A stretch of 64,000 nucleotides of DNA from Octopus sinensis (taxonomy: Eukaryota). Shown here in pieces: positions 13,378-27,206 of the stretch (positions are counted from its first letter, which is position 1; the number at the start of each line of letters is the position of its first letter). The notes under the pieces were generated by a model. The model saw only the letters and a list, made by a program, of their open reading frames with translations, was not told the DNA's origin and did no database searches. Location of the stretch: NCBI RefSeq assembly GCF_006345805.1, contig NC_043008.1, forward strand, positions 70,308,001 through 70,372,000. The letters run 5' to 3'. The position numbers and the translations under genes were made by a program.

Positions 13378-14639
13378 TATATACATATATATATACATAT
13401 ATATATATATGTGTGTGTGTGTGTGTTTGTTTGTATGTATCTATCTAGCAATCTACATGTGCATGTATATGTATATATCTATGTATGCATGCATGTGTAT
13501 ATACATATGTATATATGGATATATGTCTGTATGTATCAATATTTATATATCTGTATGAATATGCATGTGTATGCAGGCAATTGTGTATGATATTAACTGC
13601 TGCCAAAATGAAGAAGGTTTGACAAGGAATCTTGACAATGATTGGTGGCCCACTCAAAGCTATGCTGATGTTGAAACAAGTGTTGCAGACATTGAATGGC
13701 ACAATAGAAATTCAGAATTAGAACACTTGAAAAATTGAACATAACATTTTTGGAAAAAGGTAAACCAGAAAAAAACTGTAATGGAAAATTTATTTTCATT
13801 TTAAATTATTACTTCCTGTCATGCTTCACCTCAATATATATATATATATATGTATGTATATATATATGTATGTATGTATGTATATACATTTATACAGATA
13901 TGCATGCGTGTGTATATACATGTATATATATATATATTATATATATATATATACATGTATATATATATATGAGTGTGTGTACATACATATTTATGAAGGA
14001 TTGTAGTTGCGCTGTATTTATAATTTAAAATGACAGTGTTTGCAAAAAAAATGCACAAAGTACTTAAGACAATAATGCTGCTACTTCTACTACTACTACT
14101 GCTGCTACTACAACTATTACTACTACTACTACTAATAATGATAATGATGATGATGATGTTGATAATGATTTTTATACAATGATTTCTGACTTAGGAACCA
14201 CGGTAGCAATTTTGAGTGGTGGGAGTTAGGTGATAGCATCAACTCCAGCATTTAACTGATATTTCATTTCATCAATCCCAAAAATAAATGACAAATTTGA
14301 ACTCAAAAACGTAAAGAGAAAGAAGAATTACTGCATGGCATTTTGTCTATTGTGCTAACAATTTTACCATTTCACTGCTTTTCTTGTTAATAACAATTTC
14401 TGATTTAGGTATGAGGCCATCAGTTTTAAGTAGGAGATTTATCAGTACCGTTAATTCCAGTACTTGACACTAAGCATTTTGTTTAATTTGCCTAATAATT
14501 TAGCCAGCTCACTGTCATAATAATGATAATAGTAATAACAATAATGATTTCAAATTTTGGCACAAGGCCAGCAATTTTGGAGGAAAGATTAAGTCAATTA
14601 CATCGACCCCATTGTTCAACTGGTACTTATTTTATAGAT

Positions 14640-14800
14640 CTGTAGATCTATTACAAAAGGTTTGCCACCTTGGCACAGCCAGAATCATTGGGAAAGTATT
14701 AGATAGTTGTGAAGAACAGATAGCATGATACTGAATGCTGTAGATAACAAGTCTGCTATGCATGAAAGATTCCAAGAGTTTCAAAACCTGAGTTAAAAGC
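14640..14800 (+). mobile_element. R4/Dong-like LINE 3' end followed by (TAA)n
   Basis: VDLLQKVCHLGTARIIGKVLDS, then a 3' UTR and a (AAT)n array at about 14805-14840. Confidence 0.75.
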
Positions 14801-14807
14801 AATAATG

Positions 14808-14843
<36 letters not shown>

Positions 14844-14844
14844 C

Positions 14845-14990
14845 TTGCAGACAAATGCATAGGCAAAACCCCAGTACTTACAAATATGCATAACAATCAA
14901 TAAAGGGCACTGCTAAGTACCACAAGGCACTGCACATACATAAGGCACACAGTAGTATAACAAAAGCAGGCAATAAAATTAAGACTACTG
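14845..14990 (+). mobile_element. Second RLE-type LINE 3' fragment (different family)
   Basis: IGKTPVLTNMHNNQ*RALL...GTAH-like decayed remnant directly after the (AAT)n tract. Confidence 0.5.
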
Positions 14991-15167
14991 AATAAGAAAA
15001 TTCCTTTCTACTATTGGCACCAGGCCTGAAAACTTTGATTGATTACATCAGCATCAGTGTTCAATTGGTTCATATTTTATTGACTCCCTCCAAAAGGACT
15101 AAAGGCAAATTCTACCTCAGTGGAAACTGAATACGATTATATAAAAAAAATTGTATATATCTGTATA

Positions 15168-15211
<44 letters not shown>

Positions 15212-15236
15212 CTCTCTCTCTTTCTCTCTCTCACAC

Positions 15237-15267
<31 letters not shown>

Positions 15268-16444
15268 GAACTGTAATTAGTATATAAACATTTAGGTCTG
15301 CCAGAACATATTGCAAATTAATAGAGACATCATTGTTTTGGTTCTTACTGCCCTATATGCATGTGATTAAAACCTTTTTTTCTTCTTTTTTTTTTGACTC
15401 TGTATTGATAAAGGAGATAAGTACTTCTTAGATTTAGTAGATTATGAAGCACTAGGTCTGCCTTTTGCAGTAGAGCTAGCATGCCACCTGGGTTAACACT
15501 CCCTGGCCCTTTCATTATGCCCCTAATGGAGTTCCCTTTGTTGGAAGTATTTGGACCACACCAACACCGAAATGCAGACTGTTATTCAGGATGTATATCA
15601 ATCATATCAATCACATCAGTCTGATCACATGACCTGTAAAGCTCATAGAAACTGCTTCTTTGATAAAACCTCACATAATCACACAAACAAACATGGCATA
15701 ACTGGTGGAACCTACTTATTTTGGTGTGTGTCCATGTTAGATAAGTGACATGATGATAGGGAGGCATAGGAAACTCCTTAGCACTATGAAAGTCTATGGA
15801 AGTGGAGAGATAAAGTGAAATGAACCTTTAATGAATTTATGAAGGGGTGTTGTATATTCAGTGTAATGCTTGCATGATCATAAAAGGTTTCCTTCACACA
15901 GATGTATTTCTGGCGAGTGGGTAAATGATAAAGCACTTGTGTAGTGGTCTTGAAAATGTGAGAGGTCAAGTGAAGTTCAGTAGGTTTCAGTGATGTATAC
16001 TTTTAGCAGGTTGTTGGAAGTGCACAGCTGAAAGTTTGGTAAATGTATAAAAGACAGCGGAACAACTTGAATATAGTAGACAGATGAGGAAACATTCAGA
16101 TGTCTTTGGAGATCAACTAATGTAAATTAGATAACCTACTTAGCTTTAAACTATCGCAAAGTAAGATAAACATTCTACAAACAAAACAGAAAAATATATT
16201 TACCAATTCCTATTTTGTAGAATTAATCTAATATTATTTCAGAGTAGCTTTCTATTCATTTTGGAAACTAAAACGATTTATTATTATCATTTATTTTAAA
16301 CAATCTATTTGTCTTTCAATGTCTGTGAACTCAATTCATTTCTTTTTCTCCATTAATTAACATAGTCTAGACTCTGCCTTTCCCCACTTGTTATCAATCA
16401 TTTCCTCTTTTAGGTTTCCTAGTAAATATTATCCCACTCTATAT

Positions 16445-16925
16445 TCACTTTGGTCTAATTGACACCAGTCTAATTAACATTTTGGTCTAATTGACGCTTT
16501 GATCTAATGATGAGTTTGTTTACAAAAAAACTTGGGTTTAATGACAATTTTATCTAAAATAATTTGGCCTTAGGGCATCTTGGTCTGAAGATATTTAGGC
16601 ATTACAACTCTATCTTAAACACTTCGGTTTAATGACTATTTGGTGTAAGAAAATTTGGCCTTGTAACATTTTCATCTAAAACATACTGGTCTAAAACACT
16701 TCAGTCTAGAATCACTTTCGTGTTTTACACTTTGGTCCAAAATGGCTTTGGTCATAAATCACGTTGGTCTTAGACACTTGGTACAAATCTCTTTGGTCTT
16801 AGACACTTACTACAAATCACTTTGGTCTTAGACACTTACTACAAATCACTTTGGTCTTAGACACTTGGTACAAATCACTTTGGTCTGATGACACTAGTCT
16901 TAAACAGTTTGATCATATAGCACTT
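16445..16925. repeat. Degenerate 15-16 bp minisatellite (core acactttggtcta) with a homogenised 29-bp higher-order repeat at 16756-16886
   Basis: aaatcactttggtcttagacactt(gg/ac)tac x4.5, flanked by looser monomers. Confidence 0.85.
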
Positions 16926-17471
16926 TAGTCAAAAACATACCAGTAAGTTTACTTTAACACTGTGTAGTACTTCTATTCACTACTTAATTCTCATTTGCAA
17001 TGCTAGTAGTTATGCAAATTAGACAAACCAATTTCTTTTGGTTTGAAGTTATGTCTGCTATGAATAGCTATAAGCTGCATCTCTCTGTGTGGTCAGGAAA
17101 CTAAGGGATTAATCTCTAATGAAGTACTAATAAATATTAAAACAAGTTAGGTGGATCTATTTTTCTAGCAATAAGATAGGAAAAAAAAATCTTGGTTTAA
17201 CCACAATATCTATTTTCCATAGCTAGGCGCTGGAAATGTGTGTTAACTAAATACACACACTCCTAACTTCACCTGGTATCTTTACTGTTTAGTGCCTCTA
17301 TTTATATATATATGTATACACACACACACTTGCATGCAAATAAATGTATATATTAACAGATCTGTGCAGGTACATCTGATAGCCTTAAGTCTCTAGAGAT
17401 TTATTGAAATTTATTATGTAGTCTGTTTTATTTATATGCTCCTATGCATATATATATATGCGCACACACAC

Positions 17472-17516
<45 letters not shown>

Positions 17517-17725
17517 ATATGTCTCCTATATTCTGTGTTGGCATCTTATGTCTCCTGACACCATAGTTCTGTACCTGGAAGGTGATTCTTCTGCATGTGG
17601 CTTTCCGCATTGAGGTGAGAGCAGAGGGCCCATTCCAAAGTACAGGCATGGGCTGGGCAAGAGTGAGAAAGATAGTGTGTGTGTGTGTGTATGTGATTTG
17701 CACTATTTCAAACATGTGTAAACTA

Positions 17726-17827
17726 TCACAATCCTTTGGTGAGTGTTTGGGTTTGTTGTAAATATTTAGCAATGATTTCCTCATGAAGCAGTTTTTTTTC
17801 TTTCTCTGGAGTGAAAACAAACTTTGG
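17726..17827 (-). CDS. Candidate terminal coding exon of an unidentified minus-strand gene
   Basis: Acceptor ggtcttgttacag| then PKFVFTPEKEKKLLHEEIIAKYLQQTQTLTKGL*; non-repetitive, protein-like composition. Confidence 0.4.
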   Translation of the reverse strand, partial: PKFVFTPEKEKKLLHEEIIAKYLQQTQTLTKGL

Positions 17828-18779
17828 CTGTAACAAGACCACAGTGGTAAGGATGTTAATGAGGATATCACTGGAAACATAGTGCACTCACTCCCTCTGT
17901 CTATCTCTATCTCTATTTCTCTCTCTCTCTCTCTCTCTCTCACAGAGGAATACACTCTCAGACACCTAAATTTACACATATACTGTCAAACACAGACTTA
18001 CATTTACACATTCACATATATACACACTCACATACACAGATATGCACAATTACAGTCTCTCATATACATCTAAATTTACGCACATTCACACATACAACTA
18101 TCATAGATTCACACATATTCATACACATAAATACACTATCACACATACAGCCATCATAAATTCACATATTCACACAGGCATACATATATAAACATACACA
18201 TGTAAAGTCATATTTACATTGTCACACTTAAGGATAAAAAAATCATTTAATTTATAACACACTTACACAATACACACAGAAGAATGTTCTGAATGACACT
18301 TAGAAAATTCTTCCAGTCTTAATTGCAAGAGACTATCTGCATTGACTGATATATGTTTTGTGTGAAACAGACAGGCCTGCAGGAGAACACCTTGTTGCCT
18401 GCTATTTATCTCTCAATCTCTTTCCCTTGGTATTTTGCTATGTAGGTATTTCATGTTTTGTCTTATCTGTTTTGTGACATTTCCTACTAAATTGGGTCTG
18501 AGAGACTTGCTTTCCTAGCCTTGCTAGTGTGTATGTAGATGGTAGCTTTTATGTGTTGTATATTGCATCTTGTGTTGTATGTGTCTATGCATGTGTTTGT
18601 GTGTACTCCATAAATGATGAGGAATGAAACATTAAATATGTATAGACTTTATATTTGTCTGTCTGCTTTGTCTGCCTACCTTACTGGAAATTATATATAC
18701 TAGAGATTATATTTACATATATATATTACACAAACACACACACACACTTACACGCAGATATATAGAAGTAAAGGAGCAA

Positions 18780-19109
18780 AGACCTCGTTTGGTCATGAAT
18801 GACCATGAGATTGCACCTAGAAAGTTCCCCTTCAAGGCAGAAGTCCAGCAAGGTTGTTTATGGTAGACCAGCAATCGCCCACACATACCAGCCTCCTCTC
18901 TTCATGCCACCAATGTTATCCAAGGGAAAGGCAGAGGCTGATACAGATTGGCACCAATGATGTCACAACTCATTTCTACAGCTGAGTGAACTGGAGCAAT
19001 GTGAAATGAAGTGTCTTGTTCTAGAACACAACACACAGCCTAGTCTGGCAATCAAACTCACAACCTCATGATTGTAAGCTCAATGCTCTAACCACTGAGC
19101 CATGCACTT

Positions 19110-19112
<3 letters not shown>
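18780..19112 (-). mobile_element. SINE family C
   Basis: Reverse complement aligns with 24-350 and 51868-52207. Confidence 0.8.
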
Positions 19113-19152
<40 letters not shown>

Positions 19153-20138
19153 TGTATATATAGTAAAAGCGCACAAGAGACAGAGACAAGTGAGGGAACA
19201 GCAAACAAGGTGCATAAGTTGAACAAACTGGCCCTAATGCTTATTTTTTAAGCCTGCTACTTATTCTGTCAGTTTTGTTTGCTCATCTGCTAAGTTACAG
19301 GTATGTAAACACATCAACACTTGCTGTCAAGTAGTGGTTGAACACACACACATCATGGGCTTCTTTAATTTTTCCATCTTAGAAATCAACTCACAAGGCT
19401 TTGGTCAGCTGAAGGCTCTAGTGAAGATATTTTCCCAAACTGAACATGGAACCAAGAGGTTGGGAAGCAAACTTCTTATCACACAGCCACACCTGAACCT
19501 ACAGCCATGCCTCATATTGTTAGATCACTCTTGACTCTCTTGAGGTTCTTTGGGGTAAAAACTAAGATCTGGTTTTCATCTCACAGGATATCCAAAAACC
19601 CTTCTCATCAAACAATTTTGGTGGTGTTGACAGTTTACTTGACAATAGCCCCACCATGCAACAAATTGTACTGGGCTACATGTTACCTGCAGCACTAAGC
19701 ACTATATATATGTGTGTATATATAACATGTATATATACACGCAATGCTATACATGTGTGTGTGTATATATATATATATGTTGTATGTATACGATACATAT
19801 ATATATATATAATATATATATATATATGCTATATATATATGATATATATGCTGTATATATACGGTATATATATATGCTGTATATATATGGTATATATATA
19901 TATATATATATGCTCTATATATATGATATATATATATATATATATAATATGATATACACAGACTCGAGTCCGTGTGTATCATACCAGGTTGAAGATGGGA
20001 AGGATGGCTTCCCTTTGCAAATACTGATTGGGCACAGAAAGTGTGTCAAGAGCCAGCTGGAGGAGGTGTCCTCCTGGGGCTACAAGCTACAGTAGCATCC
20101 ACCCTTAAGGGTTAGCCACATTTAAGTGGCAAATATAC

Positions 20139-20238
<100 letters not shown>

Positions 20239-21145
20239 CATTTAGACACATGTATCCCCACATGCACACACATCCATGCACATGCACTCATATACCAATT
20301 GATACACTGTGTCATCATTATTGTTTGCCTTTGCAAATTCTTTTAAATTGAAAACAATTTTCTACCCCTACTTCTGTAACACTCAAAAATGTGCCTTTCT
20401 CGTAAATGCTCTTGGAATTACTTGTCTTTTCTCTTTCTTTTTCTCTCTATTGCTCTCTGTCTCATTCCTTGTTTTACTTTAATTGTTCTGATAGAGATGC
20501 AATGTCTTCTATGTCAGACTTTCTTTTCTTTATTCATTCACTGTGAAACTAATACAAATTTTCATATTACTTGTGTTGTGTTTACACACACACACACAAA
20601 CATAGTGCTTGTATTTTAATGCTATTAATGATATGTCTTCAACACAGCCTTTTGTTTGAAGGATGTCGAATGTGACATATGATTATTACTATATAAAGCA
20701 AACATCATGTATATTGGTGACATAAAGCTTTCAATACATCCATCTCTGGTTAATTTTACTCATTGATATATGAGTAACTGTAGGTCACTGTATGTCTATG
20801 TCACTGTATGAGTTTGTGTGTCACACTGTGTATGGAAGTAAGTGTGCATGCTTATGCATGTGTTTATGTATATGCCCTTATTTATGTGCACCTTTGTGTG
20901 CATGTATGTCTCCATTTGTGAATCTGTGTGTTTATATGTGATTGTGTGCATGTGTATCCATATCCAAATTTTATGTGTGTGTTTGTGTAGTTATATATAT
21001 ATATATTTATATTTTTGCCCATGGACCTGTGTGTGTGTGTCTATATGTTTATCTGCATCTCTGCTTATATCCATATTTATCTGTATCTTTGCATACCTCT
21101 GTATGTCTGTGTATGTATGTATGTGACAATGTGTGCGGGTATATG

Positions 21146-21190
<45 letters not shown>

Positions 21191-21769
21191 TTGTCAACGT
21201 GTATTTTTCTGTTTGTCTCCATCTTAAGCCAATAATTATAATCATTTGCTGCTGAAAGAAGGAAACAATAAATATATGTATAAACAGAAGACAAAAATGT
21301 TATATATTGGCAATTAGAAAATTATGGCGTCTTTGTTGATTCTCCTAAATTCTTGGAATAGTAGTAAACATTTCCATTACCATGTTTCTAAGAAGAAATC
21401 TCAGAAAGTCAATCTGTTTCAATCAGTTTTCAAAACAATCAAAGAATTTGCAGAGAATTTACAGAAGTAAAAAAAAAAAAAAAAAGAACTTTGTTTTGTC
21501 AATGGTGGCTGTTCTTGTTTATATGTAGTCTCACTTCTGTCCTTTGATCTTGCAGACCATGATCAGAAGTGTTCCAGGTGTGGCCATCTCACCCTTTTTT
21601 TTTTTATCAAGGAATAGTCTAAAACTACATTCACCAGAGAATCATTTTATAAGATGATCAGGTGTAATCTGAGATAGATTTGACTGCTATTTTTAGCATG
21701 GTGAGTGACCATACAGAGATTAATTCATTTACTTATATATCAAACCATTGTTCTGGTACACAATATATC

Positions 21770-22075
21770 TTTTAACTTTTACTTATTTCACTCACTGGTC
21801 TATGACCATACTGGAACACTGCCTTCATGGGTTTAGTTGAACAAATTAACCCCATTATGTATATTTGTAAGCTTGGTACTTATTCTATCAGTCACTTTGG
21901 TCAAACTGCTAAGTTACAGGGACTTGAACAAACTAATACAAGTTATCAAGTAGTGGCAGAGATCAAACACAAAGATAAAGTCACACACAGTTGGCATCTT
22001 TCAGTTTCCATCAAACAATCCCTCTCACAAGGCTTTGGTTAGCGCAGGGCTATTGTAGAAGACACTAGCCCATGT
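21770..22075 (-). mobile_element. SINE family A
   Basis: Reverse-complement tail and head motifs. Further copies or halves at about 5325-5530, 6300-6500, 19240-19505, 22870-23045, 24930-25095, 41820-41970, 50530-50700 and 62120-62210. Confidence 0.75.
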
Positions 22076-23546
22076 AACATCCCACTTTTCCATGCTTACA
22101 TGAGTTTGTCAGAATTTATTGAAGTAGATTTTCTATGGATGCCTTTCTAGTCATCATTTCCCACTTGTTTCCAGCTCTGTGTATATCTCTAACCTCTCTG
22201 ACTATTCCTCTCTCCTCCCACTATCATGTGACTTGTGACGAACTAAGGTGGTGTCATTCTTTCTCATGTTGCCTTTGACTGGACTGGTCATGATTCTCTG
22301 TGCTCCTTGCTCTACTCCTCCCACTTCTATAGTCCTTTAGGATAGTTTTCATTTCTCCTTTGTTTTACCCACTTTTGTCTGTCTTGCAGTCTCACGGCTT
22401 TTTTTTTTGTTATATATCTATTATTATTATTATCATTAATTGTTGTCTTCATCTGGCCCTAAACCTTTATTCTGTTATTTTTTTATCCTTCGTCCATCCA
22501 CTAATGGTCTTGTCTCGAGCCCGTCTCATCTTGTTATATTTTGGTCTCATTCCCAGCAAGTTTCTTGTTGGTGCCTCCAGAGTGGAAGCAATATTATTGA
22601 TCATGGCTGAAATTACGTTTGACCCTCTGGCCGATAACTGAAGAGGAGTTGGTGACCTTCTGTGTTTTCTGTTCACCTGTATATTTAGTATATGTTCATT
22701 TGTTTATTTACTACAATTTTGTTTTAAATTATATATATAGATATGTCAAATTTTCCTTTTGTTGTCTTCTTTTTATTTTATCCTGAAAATATTTATGTAA
22801 TGTACACCCTCCTTAAATTTTTATCTATATATATATGTGTGTGTGAGTGTGTACACTTACACACACACACACATACATGATGGGCTTCTTTCAGTGTTCA
22901 TCTACTAACACCATTCACAAGGCTTTGGTCTGCCCAGGGTCTTTAATGAAAGACACCTGCCTAAGGCGTCATGTAGTGGGACTCAACCAAAGACCCATAA
23001 TTGGAAAGCAAACTAGGTAACCACAGAGCCATGCCTGCACCTACTTCAAATTTCATCATTAGAGATAAAAGGTTGTTTTATATATTTCTATCTATTCTAT
23101 ATCTCAATTGGTTTGATCCATGACTATCAATGGATGTCTAACTTGTTGATATCCATATAGTATCTGATGAGATTTGATCTAGAGATCTTAATGTTTAAAC
23201 TCAGTGTAGTAATATTGTTATCCATTAAACACTAATGTTTGTATATAATGTCATCATCATAATCTTTGTTTTGACATCCACTTTTCTATACATGTATGGG
23301 TCGGATGAAGTGTATTGAGGCAGATTTTCTTTGGTTGAATCCCCTTCTTCTTCTCAATCCCCCACTGTTTCTAATTATGGCTATATTTCCCATGGCTAGA
23401 CACGTTTTCATAAAATATTGGAAATGAATGACACTGCTTGTATGACAGTGACACTCACTTACAACTAACATAAAATGTCAAGACAAAGAGACTCAAACAC
23501 ACACATATAACATACACACACACACACTTACATGAATACATACATG

Positions 23547-23588
<42 letters not shown>

Positions 23589-23594
23589 ATATAT

Positions 23595-23989
23595 ACATTA
23601 TTTACATTTGACAGATATTTATCCTCATCTTGTTTGTTGTTAACACAATGTTTTCGCTGATATACCATCCAGACTTCATCAGGTGTCTTGGGGAAATTTC
23701 GAACCTGGCTTCTCATTCCTAAAGTATTTTTCAATGTTATTATTATTATTATCATTATTATTATTATTCAGGTTACTGCCTGGAATCGAACTTGGAATCT
23801 TGGGGTTAGTAGTCCGTGCTCTTAATCACTATGCCATATGCCTGTGAATAATAATAATAATAATAATAACAACATCAAAAAGTACCTTAGAAATGAGAAC
23901 CCAAGACACCTGAGGAAGGCTGGAGGGTATATCAGCTGAAACATTGAGTTGACAACAAACAAGATGAGGAGAAATATCCGTCAAATGTC
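23595..23989 (-). mobile_element. tRNA-headed element with an (AAT)n linker and a 3' hammerhead motif, plus an inverted partial copy abutting its 5' end
   Basis: Minus-strand head 23843-23768 with A box tggcatagtgattaag and B box agttcgattcc. Hammerhead at about 23687-23642; inverted arm 23847-23989. Confidence 0.75.
23905..23950 (+). ncRNA. Minimal type I hammerhead motif (CpG-decayed)
   Basis: gacac-CTGAGGA-a-ggctg[gagggtatat]cagct-GAAAC-at-t-gagtt. The ACGT palindrome has decayed to ACAT; helix I gacac/gagtt has one mismatch. Confidence 0.6.
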
Positions 23990-24011
23990 ATCTCTTAAAT
24001 ATAGAACTGTA

Positions 24012-24047
<36 letters not shown>

Positions 24048-24554
24048 GCACACACATATCAAGGGTAGGACAGAAAGAACACAACATGCGGAAAAATAGA
24101 CGATAACATAACAAATGGTAAACAGGACAAAATCAAGATGCAGGAATCATTCGCAGCTAATTTCCTCTTCAGTCAGTGTCTGGAAAGTCCTTGCAATTTC
24201 GCACTTTTTTATCACTGAGACAACTCAAGTCTGGCAAGTGCCAGAGACCTAAGCTAAAAGCATTAAGCCTCTGGGAAAAGCAAATGAATGTTTACAAGAA
24301 GGAAAACAAGAATGAAAACAAAAACAAAAACGCTAGAATTAAACATATACAACAGACAAACGCCTTTCGGCTATACAACAGAAGGAAAATAATTGTACAT
24401 TTATAAATACAAATAAATAAATAACAGAAAGGGTCTTTCAACTGTTGGACGAACATAACATTATGAAATAATGATGAAAGTGCAACAGAAAAAAATTTTA
24501 CTTATACAATGGACAAACACCTTTCAGCTATACAACAAAAGGAAAATAATAGAC

Positions 24555-24915
24555 ACAGGTTTGTCTATGCAGTAAGAAGCTTGCTTTCCAACCAGATTGC
24601 TCTGGGTTCAGCCCCACTGCATGACGCTAAGGGTAGGTGTCTTTTATTATAGTCTTGGGCCAATCAATGTCTTGTGAGTGGATTTGGTAGACAGAAACTG
24701 AAAGAAGTCCATCAAATATATATATATATGTGTGTGTGTTTGTTTCTGTGTTTGACCCCCATCACCACTTGACAACCAGTGTTGGTGTGTTTATGTCACC
24801 ATAACTAAGTGATTCGGTAAAGGAGTCCAACAGAATAGGTCCCAGGTTTTAAAAAAAAGATTCTTCAAGGCTGTGCCCCAGTATGGCTACTGTCTCATGA
24901 CTGAAACAAGTAAGA
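24555..24915 (+). mobile_element. SINE family A, near full length
   Basis: Head, internal TA/TG tract and tail ccccagtatggctactgtctcatgactgaaacaagt. Confidence 0.8.
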
Positions 24916-25953
24916 GATAACCCACCACATGCACACATAAATATATGAGGCTTCTTTTGGTTTCCATTTACCATATTCACTTGCAGGGCTTTGGTTGGCC
25001 CAGAACTGTAAACAACATTTGCCCAAGGTTCCATGCAGTGGAATTGAACATGAATCTGTGTGTCTGGGAATCAAGTCTCTTAACCACACAGGCATTCTTG
25101 TGTCAGTGTAAATATTACAAAAAAAATTCCATCAGTAAAGACAAGGTTAATAGTCTGGAACGTTGTAATTATCTTTTAACGACAACTTGTCTCCAATAGT
25201 TAGACATTTAACGAATAGTTCTTTACATATTAATTACAACCTAATAAAAAGTTCTTACATAATATATAATTGTTCTTATACGTATTAACATTAATTACAA
25301 CTTAACAAACTAGTTCTTTTATCATACCATGACAAATGTTTCATTGACTAAAAGATAATCTCAGCTGGAATTTTACTTTCCAAATGAACATCTTATATAC
25401 AGAAGAGGTACTAATGGTGAGGGTGTTCAGCTCATAATCATAAGGTTGTGGGTTCAATTTCTGAACTGGGCAGTGTGTTGTCTTTGAGCAAGGCACCTCA
25501 TTTCATGTCACTCCACTCTACTCAGGTGTTAATGAGTACCAACTGAGTGCTGTTGCAGCTTTCTGTACTGCTGGGTCAAGAGTGAAGGTCTGAAAAGGTG
25601 CCCATGTCCACTTGCTACTATATAGGCACCTAGTAAAAAGTCGAAAAGCAGGGGACATCTTATCAAGCCATACTCACCTGTAAGTTATGGATGGTAGTAC
25701 TTTACTAACCCTATACAGCATAGGATTTACCATTAAGCAAAATGAGCATGTGCTTAGGACATCAAGGGGAGTGGGGCACAATAGAAATGGTAAATGGTTT
25801 ATGGCACAAAAGAAATCACTTTGAACTTGCTAAAATAATATTTGGGATGCCTTATCTCTGCTAAATGTAGAAGCAGATGTGTTACCTAAGATTAATTTGG
25901 GGGATCTGATCAAAGACTTTGCAATTCAAAAATGTAGGAGGAAACTTCAAATA

Positions 25954-27206
25954 TTAGGTTGTCACACATGAAATGTCGCATTTTTTAATTACTTGTTATT
26001 TCAGTCATTTAAAAACTCCATTATGTAATCCCTTGCATTTAATCTTGACTATTTTTCTTTCTAAACAATATTGGTATACAAAATTCATACCCACAGAACC
26101 TATGAAAATGATAATAACCAAACAATGTTGAGTGACTTTCTTGAGAACAAACTGGGTCACTCTGCCACAGAAGCTCTGTGGAATATGAAGCAGGCCTTTT
26201 GTAATAGTTTTGTTGACATCAGAACTGTTCAGAGATGGTTCCAAAGATCTCGTTCTGGAGATGATAGCCTTGAAAATGAACCAAGATGGAGGCCAAAATC
26301 AGTTATTCAGCATGATGTATTAAATGCTTTGGTTGAACAAAATCTAAGAACAACAGTCCAAAAACTTGCATCACAACTTCAAACATGTTATACAACTGTT
26401 TCTTGATACTTGAAAAAAATTGGAAAAGTCAAGAAAATGGATAGGTTTGTTCTGCATCAACTAAATGAGATTTTAAAAAAACCGGTGCCTTCAAGTGTAC
26501 TCCTTATTGCTTTCTCAACTGGAAAAGGAACCATTTTTGCATCAAATCATTACATGTGATGAGAAATGGAAGCTCTTTGACAATAGCAGGAGAACAGGGT
26601 AGTAATTAGATGCAGGAGTGTCACCTAATCACTACATAAAACCACCACTGCACCTTAAAAATCTGGTGGTCACTGTATGGTGGTCTGTGAAAGAGGTTAT
26701 TCATTATTCATTTTTGCAACAAGAAAAAATGGTAACAGCAACATCGTATTGCCAGGAAATTGATTGTATGCATGAGAATTTGAAAAAAATGCAAACCGGA
26801 TTAGTGAATAGAGATGGCCTAATTTCACTCCACGACAATGCCCATCCTCACACTCCTCAAGCTACAGTCCAAAAGTTGCAAAGCCTGAATTATGAGATTT
26901 TGCAGCATCCTTCATATTCCCCTGATATCTCTCCTACTGATCATCACTTATTTAAGCATTTTGAGCTTTTCATAAGCAATAAAACATTCTTAAATAGAGA
27001 AGAGGTAATTGAAGCATTCAAACAGTTTATCACAGTAAAAGATGAATTTTTTTTTTTAAAGATGGAATATGTGACTTAAAGAAACATTGGGTAAACGTCA
27101 TAAGTGAACATGGATCATACTTTGATTAAATAAATCAGTTCTCTGACACTTCTGAAACATTTTATTGTTACCTTTCAAATACGCTATTTCATGTGTGACA
27201 ACCTAA
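25954..27206 (+). mobile_element. Full-length (1253 bp) mariner transposon
   Basis: TIRs ttaggttgtcacacatgaaat (21 bp perfect, about 30 bp imperfect); TA target duplications at 25952-25953 and 27207-27208. Confidence 0.95.
26108..27129 (+). pseudogene. Mariner DD34D transposase pseudogene
   Basis: KLGHSATEA, RTVQRWFQR, TCDEKW, LHDNAHPH, HPSYSPDISPTDHHLF; stops and frameshifts split it into the ORFs 26071-26406 and 26618-27079. Confidence 0.92.

Noticed and set aside
16756-16886. CRISPR-like 29-bp direct repeats
   Set aside because: The repeats are contiguous with no unique spacers, there are no cas genes, and the context is eukaryotic.
23150-23205. CTGATGA followed by gat..atc, a possible hammerhead
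   Set aside because: No GAAA and no convincing helix I; too decayed to support.
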